From positions 896,001-960,000 of the forward strand of contig OY771506.1 of the NCBI GenBank assembly GCA_963674705.1: a stretch of DNA of 64,000 bases, read 5' to 3'. Source of the DNA: Phycisphaeraceae bacterium (GTDB lineage: Bacteria; Planctomycetota; Phycisphaerae; Phycisphaerales; Phycisphaeraceae). Both the position numbers and the translations under genes were made by a program. Shown here piece by piece: positions 58,120 through 64,000 of this stretch. Each line of letters begins with the position of its first letter. Position 1 is the stretch's first letter. A model generated the notes under the pieces. The model worked only from the letters and a program-made list of their open reading frames with translations. It was not told where the DNA came from and did not search any database.

Positions 58120-60375
58120 CTACCCGATCATCTGCGCGCCGCCGGCGGGTTGATCGGGGTCGGGCTTGTTGCCGTGGACGATGACGGGATCGATCTGGCC
58201 TTCGATGGTGACGCGGCCGTGGTGGTCGATGACGCAGACGGGGATCTTGCCTGCTTTCCAGTCGGCGAGGGGGAGCAGCGGCCAGCGTTGTGGCTTGTGG
58301 CGGTCGGGGTCGACGGTGATGTATGCGCCGCCGGGCGCGCGGCGGTCGATGATGAGACGTGGCGCGGCGAGCAGGTGGCCGATGACGGTGATGCCCCTTG
58401 GGCTGTAGGCGATGTAGTTATTGATGTAGGCGTCGGTGTAGCCCATGGAGTTGGGGCCGGTGTTGCTCATGACCTGCATGTCCCAGTAATACTGGGAGGA
58501 CATGGGGCGCAGGCGGATGTACTGGGCGAGCGTGTCGCGCCAGAGGTTCTGGCTGACCCAGACGTTGTCGGACTCGGCCGAGGTGTGGCCGCAGCCGTAG
58601 CGTGATGCATTTTCGCGTTGCGAATTAGCGACATCGGTGCGTAGCCGGCGGCGTTCGAGCAGGTCGGGTCGGCCGACCATCATCGGCAGCAATAGTCCGT
58701 TGCCGGTGTAGATCGAGTAGGCGTCCCAGCCGGGCAGTGTTTCGTAAGGCAGCGGCCTACCGGTCCAGGCATCGGTGATGCCGACAGCCGATTTATCGAT
58801 ACAGACCGCGTAGTGATCGCTCAGCCAGGCGGCGGATTCGACTTTGGCAAGGTCACCCTCGGCAAGTGTTTCGCAGGAGCGCGCCAGGTCGTCGTGCCCG
58901 CCACGGATCGAGAGCAGATCGGCAATGGCCTTGAGCGCGGCGATGCGTTTGACGGCGAGGTAGGTTTGCTTGCGCGAGAACTGCATGGCCGGGCTCGCGT
59001 CATCGATCGTGTTGGCGACGCCCATCGAGGGGAAGCCCGAGCCGTCGCGGTCGCTCCAGACGAGATAGCGAGCGAGGCGTACGATCAGGTCGGCGTGTTT
59101 CTGGAGGATGTCGTCTTTGCCGGTCCAGTGTGTGTAAGCCTGGAGCAAAAGCAGGAAGTTGCAGTTTTCCTCGACTTCCATGTCGTGCTGGTAGTACTGG
59201 CCGGTCGCGTTGACGCCGGCGCCGAGGTCGTGACAGATGAAACTGCCGGATGAAGGGGCGTGTTTGCGTTCCTGCTCGGCCCATTGATCGAACTGCATCC
59301 CCAGCAGCTTTGGCCAGAGCGTGAGGTAGATCAGCGAGATGTTGTATTCGACGTCGAGCGTGCCGATGTAGGCACACGAGCCTTCCCACGCGCTGAACCA
59401 TTGCGGGGGGACCGGCTCATCACCGACGATGTCGCACCAGAAGGTGTTGCTTAGCCAGGCCTGGAAGCTCTGTGCAAGCAGGTGGGATTGTGCGGTGTCC
59501 ATCGGCGCCTGCTCGAGGAGTTTTTCGAATCGGCGCGACAGTGCGAGCCGGACGTCGCGTGTCTCGACGGCTTCATCGATCACTTCATCGAGGCTGTTCC
59601 ATGCGTGGTTGTAGCGGAAGACGGCGTCGCGAATTTTACCTTCGTGTTTGACTTTCAGGACGGGTTCGCGGACGTGCGCGCCCCAGACGAGGCGCCACTT
59701 GATACCGCTGCCGGCGTCGGTGACGGGCAGTTCGAGCATGAGCCCTTGCCCGCATTCGGTGGCGGTGCAGCCGGGGTTAAGGCTGACGATGCGTTCGTGT
59801 ACCTGGACCGATCGCTGCTGGGCCGGGTCGTTGTCGGTCGGCATGGCGAACTCTTCGTTGTGTGGTTTCAACGAATTGCTGTAGGCCATATTGATCGAAC
59901 AGAGTTCACCTTCTTCGATGCCGGGTTTGACGGAGATATCCGTGTCGGGCCGTTTCAGGCGGATGAAGAGCTTGACCTTTTCGGGGACTTCTTCGGATTC
60001 GTACCAGCGCACGCGGTGCACGGGATTGACGCGCATCTCCAGGTAGAAGGCGGGCATGATGCACAGCCGTTCGTCCTGGGGGTAGAAGACGGCGTGGACA
60101 TTGAACTCGAAGCGCAGGTTTTGTTTTTCGCTGTAGCCCCGATAGGTGATGGAGTTGATGCGTTCGAACTGTTCGCAGTTGGTAAGCGTTCGGCCGTCGG
60201 TCGTGAAAGGCAGCACGCGGTGGGTCCCGTCGGATTCCACCAGTCCTACTTTCAAGTCCAACGGCTTATCCAACAATCGGCCCATGGCCGAATGCATCAC
60301 ACGGTTGCGGTAGGGCTCGAACAGCAGATTGAACCGACTGCCCAACCGTGAAATCGTCCACGTCATCGACTGCAT
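58120..60375 (-). CDS. DUF4965 / GtaA-like (alpha/alpha)6 protein
   Basis: 'GTLDVEY' and 'HDLG....GQYY.HDMEVEENCNFLLL' resemble the DUF4965 'HDLG...MPVEE.GN' motif; no signal peptide. Confidence 0.62.
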   Translation of the reverse strand: MQSMTWTISRLGSRFNLLFEPYRNRVMHSAMGRLLDKPLDLKVGLVESDGTHRVLPFTTDGRTLTNCEQFERINSITYRGYSEKQNLRFEFNVHAVFYPQDERLCIMPAFYLEMRVNPVHRVRWYESEEVPEKVKLFIRLKRPDTDISVKPGIEEGELCSINMAYSNSLKPHNEEFAMPTDNDPAQQRSVQVHERIVSLNPGCTATECGQGLMLELPVTDAGSGIKWRLVWGAHVREPVLKVKHEGKIRDAVFRYNHAWNSLDEVIDEAVETRDVRLALSRRFEKLLEQAPMDTAQSHLLAQSFQAWLSNTFWCDIVGDEPVPPQWFSAWEGSCAYIGTLDVEYNISLIYLTLWPKLLGMQFDQWAEQERKHAPSSGSFICHDLGAGVNATGQYYQHDMEVEENCNFLLLLQAYTHWTGKDDILQKHADLIVRLARYLVWSDRDGSGFPSMGVANTIDDASPAMQFSRKQTYLAVKRIAALKAIADLLSIRGGHDDLARSCETLAEGDLAKVESAAWLSDHYAVCIDKSAVGITDAWTGRPLPYETLPGWDAYSIYTGNGLLLPMMVGRPDLLERRRLRTDVANSQRENASRYGCGHTSAESDNVWVSQNLWRDTLAQYIRLRPMSSQYYWDMQVMSNTGPNSMGYTDAYINNYIAYSPRGITVIGHLLAAPRLIIDRRAPGGAYITVDPDRHKPQRWPLLPLADWKAGKIPVCVIDHHGRVTIEGQIDPVIVHGNKPDPDQPAGGAQMIG

Positions 60376-60443
60376 GAGTGGTTTACCTCGTCCTCGTAAG
60401 AATACCTATTGTGCGACAGGACGGGCTTGAGGTAAAGCGCGGG

Positions 60444-61646
60444 TTATCCATGGGGCATTAATCGACCCAATCGACCCACGACTTCGGGGATCAATTCCAG
60501 CGCCCGGTCCATTGCCTGGTCGGTTGTTTCCCGGCCCAATGAGAAGCGGATCGAGCCGTGAGCCACAGCTTCGGGCACCCCCATCGCTAATAAAACCGGC
60601 GAAGGTTCGAGCGATCCGCTGGAACACGCTGCGCCGGCCGAGGCGCAGACGCCGCGTTCGCTGAGGCCCAGCAGGATCGCCTCGGCTTCAATGCCGGGAA
60701 AACCGATGTTGCTCGTGTTCCATAGCCGAAAAGCCGGGCTTTTATCCTGCGGAGCGTTGATGACGGCGCTTGGAATACGCTCAAGCAAGGAGGATTCGAA
60801 ACGGTCACGCAATGCTGTCAACGCGATTAATTGCTGGTCATCTATCAGAAATTTTGCGGCCAGCTCCGCTGCCACACCGAATCCGATGATCGCGGCGGTA
60901 TTTTCCGTGCCGCCTCGGCGCTGCAATTCCTGCGGGCCGCCGTGGATTTGCCGTTTTAATCGTAACCCGCGATGAACATATAGTGCCCCCACGCCTTTGG
61001 GGCCGTGAAACTTGTGGGCGGAGAGCGTTAATAAATCAACCTCGACCTTGCTGACATCGACGGGCATCTTGCCCACCATCTGGCAGGCATCGACGTGCAG
61101 GTAGATGCCATGGCGTGATGAAGTTTGTTCACGGGCTTGTTGCACGACTTGCACAATCTGCTCGATGGGCTGGATCGCGCCGGTTTCGTTATTCGCCCAT
61201 TGGATGCTGATGAGTATCGGCCCGGCCGCGTCTTGATATTCACGGATCGCATCAGCGACGGATTGCGGATTGATCACGCCACCATCAGCGATCGGGAGCC
61301 AGACGGTTTTACCTATCTTGCCAAACACCTCCGCCGGTTCGCGTACAGCCGAGTGTTCAAGCTTGCTGGTGATGAGCACAGCGTCGGCTGAATCCCCGAG
61401 GACGCCGCGGATCGCAAGGTTGTTGGACTCGGTCCCGCCGGAGGTGAAGACGATCTGCCGGGGATGTGCGTTGATCAGGGATGCGACCGAAGCACGGGCC
61501 AGCTCGACCTGCTGACGGGCAAGCTGGCCCTGGCGGTGGATGCTGGACGGATTGGCCCAGAACTGCTGCTGCGCCTGCTGCATGGCTTCGATGACCCGCG
61601 GATCGGGTCTGGTGGTGGCATTGTTGTCGAGGTAGACGAGGTCCAT
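60444..61646 (-). CDS. Cysteine desulfurase (IscS/NifS class V aminotransferase)
   Basis: 'YLDNNATT', 'FTSGGTESNN', 'SAHKFHGPKG', 'SAGAACSS'. Confidence 0.95.
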   Translation of the reverse strand: MDLVYLDNNATTRPDPRVIEAMQQAQQQFWANPSSIHRQGQLARQQVELARASVASLINAHPRQIVFTSGGTESNNLAIRGVLGDSADAVLITSKLEHSAVREPAEVFGKIGKTVWLPIADGGVINPQSVADAIREYQDAAGPILISIQWANNETGAIQPIEQIVQVVQQAREQTSSRHGIYLHVDACQMVGKMPVDVSKVEVDLLTLSAHKFHGPKGVGALYVHRGLRLKRQIHGGPQELQRRGGTENTAAIIGFGVAAELAAKFLIDDQQLIALTALRDRFESSLLERIPSAVINAPQDKSPAFRLWNTSNIGFPGIEAEAILLGLSERGVCASAGAACSSGSLEPSPVLLAMGVPEAVAHGSIRFSLGRETTDQAMDRALELIPEVVGRLGRLMPHG

Positions 61647-61806
61647 GGGGGGATTTTAGGCGATTGGGGATTGGGGGTTAGGGATTGGGGTGTAGGGATT
61701 TTAATCGCTGATTTTTAATCGTTAATCGCTAATAGCCCCCTCCCTAAGCCGCGCGATAGCTGCGAAGCAGCTTTCCGCGGGTCTCTTCCAAGGGATCAGA
61801 AGGATT

Positions 61807-62415
61807 TCATTTCCTGCTTTTCTGCGATTCCTGCGTTTTCTGCTTTTCTTCAATCCCAGCCAGCCACGCATTCAGGACTCGGCGGCTTCTGAAGCGGATG
61901 CGTCGTTGGTGGGCGTGGTTGGGGTCGTTGAAAAGCTCGGTGTATCGGGTGCGGTTTGAGCGGTAAGTGCGCAGGGCCCAGAGGAGGATCGAATCGGTAG
62001 AGAACAGGGACAGGCGGAAGCTCTCGCGGTTGCCGTGCCAGAGTTCCTCCTGCGTCCAGGCCCGGCGGATCGTGCGCTTCAGAAGCTGGGGAAGCACGGT
62101 ACGCAACGGCAGGTCGAGCCAGATGAGCGTGTCGACGCGGTCCAGCACCAAGGCGTTCTTGGCTTTGGTAGCTGTGCCCAGGTTGCCATCGAAGGTCCAG
62201 GCTTCGCAACAGGTAGCCTCGTCATAGCCGGCGAGTTGCTCGTCAGACGACTTCAGCGTCCAGTTGGGCCCCCAGAGGATCGCATCACTACAGATGTAGG
62301 GGATCTCCAGCAGTTCGGCCAAGCGTTTGGCGACAAACGTCTTGCCGCTGCCGCACGTGCCGAGGACGGCGATCCGTTTGCCGGGTTTGGTCGGTGTATC
62401 GATGGCTTGTCTCAC
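61807..62415 (-). CDS. P-loop adenylate-kinase-like (FlaR/topology-modulation family) protein
   Basis: 'GTCGSGKT', 'WTFDGN', 'IWLDLP', 'LWHGNRES'. Confidence 0.82.
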   Translation of the reverse strand: MRQAIDTPTKPGKRIAVLGTCGSGKTFVAKRLAELLEIPYICSDAILWGPNWTLKSSDEQLAGYDEATCCEAWTFDGNLGTATKAKNALVLDRVDTLIWLDLPLRTVLPQLLKRTIRRAWTQEELWHGNRESFRLSLFSTDSILLWALRTYRSNRTRYTELFNDPNHAHQRRIRFRSRRVLNAWLAGIEEKQKTQESQKSRK

Positions 62416-62430
62416 AGCTATAACCTTGGT

Positions 62431-63006
62431 TTATTCGGCAGTCTCACGTCTGACAGAGGCGAGCCAGGTATTGACCTGCTTGCGTCGTGTCAGTCGCAAC
62501 TTTCTGATGCGTGCGTGTGCCGGATCATTAAACAGGGACTGATTGCGTTGCTTGCGGCTGGCGTAGCTTTTCATCGTCAGGATGAGGATAGATTCTCGGG
62601 AGAAAAAGGTCTTTCGCCAACTTTCCGTATTGTTGTGCCACATCGGCTCTTTGGTCCAAACGCGCTTGATCGACCGGCCTAAGGCTTGCGTAAAAACCCG
62701 CCAACGGGGTAGATCAAGCCAGATGATCGTGTCGGCACGTTGCAGGAATACGGGGCCTTTGTTGATCATCCCATCGATATTGCCATCGAAGGTCCAGGTT
62801 TCGGCACGGGTGGCTTTGTCATACTCAGCGAGTCGTTGCTCCAGCGGGGCCGTCGTCCAATCAGGCCCCCAATAAATCCAGTCATTGCTGATATAGGTCA
62901 CCCCCAGCAACTCAGCGAGCCTCTTGGCGACGTAGGTTTTGCCGCAGCCACTATTGCCAACAACGCAGATCCGTTTGCCGGGCTGGAATGTGCTGGGGTC
63001 AGACAT
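62431..63006 (-). CDS. P-loop adenylate-kinase-like protein (tandem paralog)
   Basis: 'GNSGCGKT', 'WTFDGN', 'IWLDLP', 'MWHNNTES'. Confidence 0.82.
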   Translation of the reverse strand: MSDPSTFQPGKRICVVGNSGCGKTYVAKRLAELLGVTYISNDWIYWGPDWTTAPLEQRLAEYDKATRAETWTFDGNIDGMINKGPVFLQRADTIIWLDLPRWRVFTQALGRSIKRVWTKEPMWHNNTESWRKTFFSRESILILTMKSYASRKQRNQSLFNDPAHARIRKLRLTRRKQVNTWLASVRRETAE

Positions 63007-63035
63007 TTGACTTTGTGTTATACGGGAGAAAATAT

Positions 63036-63245
63036 CGCCCCGCAGGGGCGGCGGGTTGTAGCCACGGGTGGAGCGCAGCGGAACCCGTGGTGGTCGAGTC
63101 GTTTTATGTTGCCCACCCCGGAGGGGTGGAGGAAGTACTCACACTCCTTCGTCCCTGCCGGGGCGACTAAGATACAAAGCCCCCTTCTATCCACGGGTGG
63201 CGCTGCGCTCTACCCGTGGCTACATGCCGTGGCTCCTTTGGAGCC
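63036..63245. repeat. REPIN-like nested palindromic element
   Basis: 34-bp inverted repeats at 63057-63090 and 63191-63224 (3 mismatches) plus short CCCC-N-GGGG hairpins. Confidence 0.8.
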
Positions 63246-63333
63246 CGAAACGGCAATCTCTGCTCCACAGTTTACCCGCTGGATTACGGGGCTATGATGT
63301 CGGACTTGACGCATTGTTATAGAAGGATCCGAC

Positions 63334-64000
63334 ATGGACTCATTTACGTATCGTGATGGCAGGCTCTTCTGTGAAGACGTGGCGGTGGATGACATCATGG
63401 CCAGGGTCGGTTCGCCGGTCTATATCTACTCTAAAGAGACATTTCTCCGGCATTACAAGGCGCTGACCGGCGCGTTTGCGGAGATCGACCCGATCATCTG
63501 CTACTCGATCAAGAGTTGCGGGAACCTGAACATCATCAAGCTGCTGGCTGAGCAAGGCAGCGGGATGGATGTGGTGTCGGGCGGCGAGATCTTCCGCGCG
63601 CAGCAGGCCGGGGCGGACATGAGCAAGGTCGTGTATGCGGGCGTCGGCAAGACGGACGCGGAGATCGAGCTTGGCATCAATGCGGGGATCGGCTGGTTCA
63701 ACATCGAATCGGAAGCCGAGTTCGAGAACATCGCTGCGATCGCGAAGCGTCTGGGCAAGAAGGCGAACGGCGCGCTGCGCGTGAATCCTGATGTGTACGA
63801 TGCGAAGACGCACGCCAAGACAACGACGGGCAAGAAGGAAACGAAGTTCGGCGTGGACATCGAACGCGCCAAGCGGTTCTTCCAGTCGTACGGCCACAAC
63901 GAACACTGCCGACTGACCGCGATTCACCTGCACATCGGTTCGCCGATCTATTCGCCCGATCCTTACGTGCAGGCGATCACCAAGGCGATCGAGCTGATCG
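63334..64000 (+). CDS. lysA: Diaminopimelate decarboxylase (3'-truncated by window edge)
   Basis: Translated by hand: MDSFTYRDGRLFCEDV...GSPVYIYS...CYSIKS...DVVSGGE...GVGKT...NIESE...LRVNPDV...TKFG...HLHIGS; AAGGA RBS. Missing from the ORF track because there is no stop codon in the window. Confidence 0.95.
   Translation, partial: MDSFTYRDGRLFCEDVAVDDIMARVGSPVYIYSKETFLRHYKALTGAFAEIDPIICYSIKSCGNLNIIKLLAEQGSGMDVVSGGEIFRAQQAGADMSKVVYAGVGKTDAEIELGINAGIGWFNIESEAEFENIAAIAKRLGKKANGALRVNPDVYDAKTHAKTTTGKKETKFGVDIERAKRFFQSYGHNEHCRLTAIHLHIGSPIYSPDPYVQAITKAIELI

Noticed and set aside
63340..63933. Minus-strand 197-aa and 132-aa ORFs
   Set aside because: Antisense shadows of lysA, which is clearly encoded on the plus strand.

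Overview
GC-rich bacterial chromosomal window, most consistent with a Planctomycetota (Phycisphaerae-like) genome. That assignment is inferred from a planctomycete 'EPLESRxLLS' motif, PEP-CTERM tails and 'GDxxGDGFVGLDDL' dockerin-like repeats. In order, it holds: the 3' part of an S66 LD-carboxypeptidase; two very large secreted dockerin-bearing proteins; an ECF sigma/anti-sigma/Spy-like module with a divergent Asp/Cys-repeat secreted protein; murJ-vanZ; a Wzx/Wzy polysaccharide locus with two sulfotransferases and four hexapeptide acetyltransferase domains, bracketed by three PEP-CTERM/dockerin surface enzymes; a sigma54-type amtB-glnK operon; two large hypothetical envelope proteins; a lamin-tail + S1/P1 nuclease pair; an AT-richer islet of immunity-type genes; and housekeeping genes (ROK, UDP-sugar pyrophosphorylase, rsmE, ruvX, manC, MFS, pyrE, DUF4965, cysteine desulfurase, two P-loop kinases, 5' lysA). 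Best novel candidates: (1) a ~235-nt intergenic unit with 19 GGA motifs, a plausible promoter and a strong terminator, resembling a CsrB/Rsm-type protein-sponge sRNA; (2) a bipartite motif CCGCAGGCG-N14-CGTTYA seen twice around the ECF sigma gene, which predicts its local regulon; (3) dockerin blocks apparently inserted inside other domains. I recognised no rRNA, tRNA, CRISPR array, transposase or integrase. All functional calls come from motif recognition by eye; no database searches were run.
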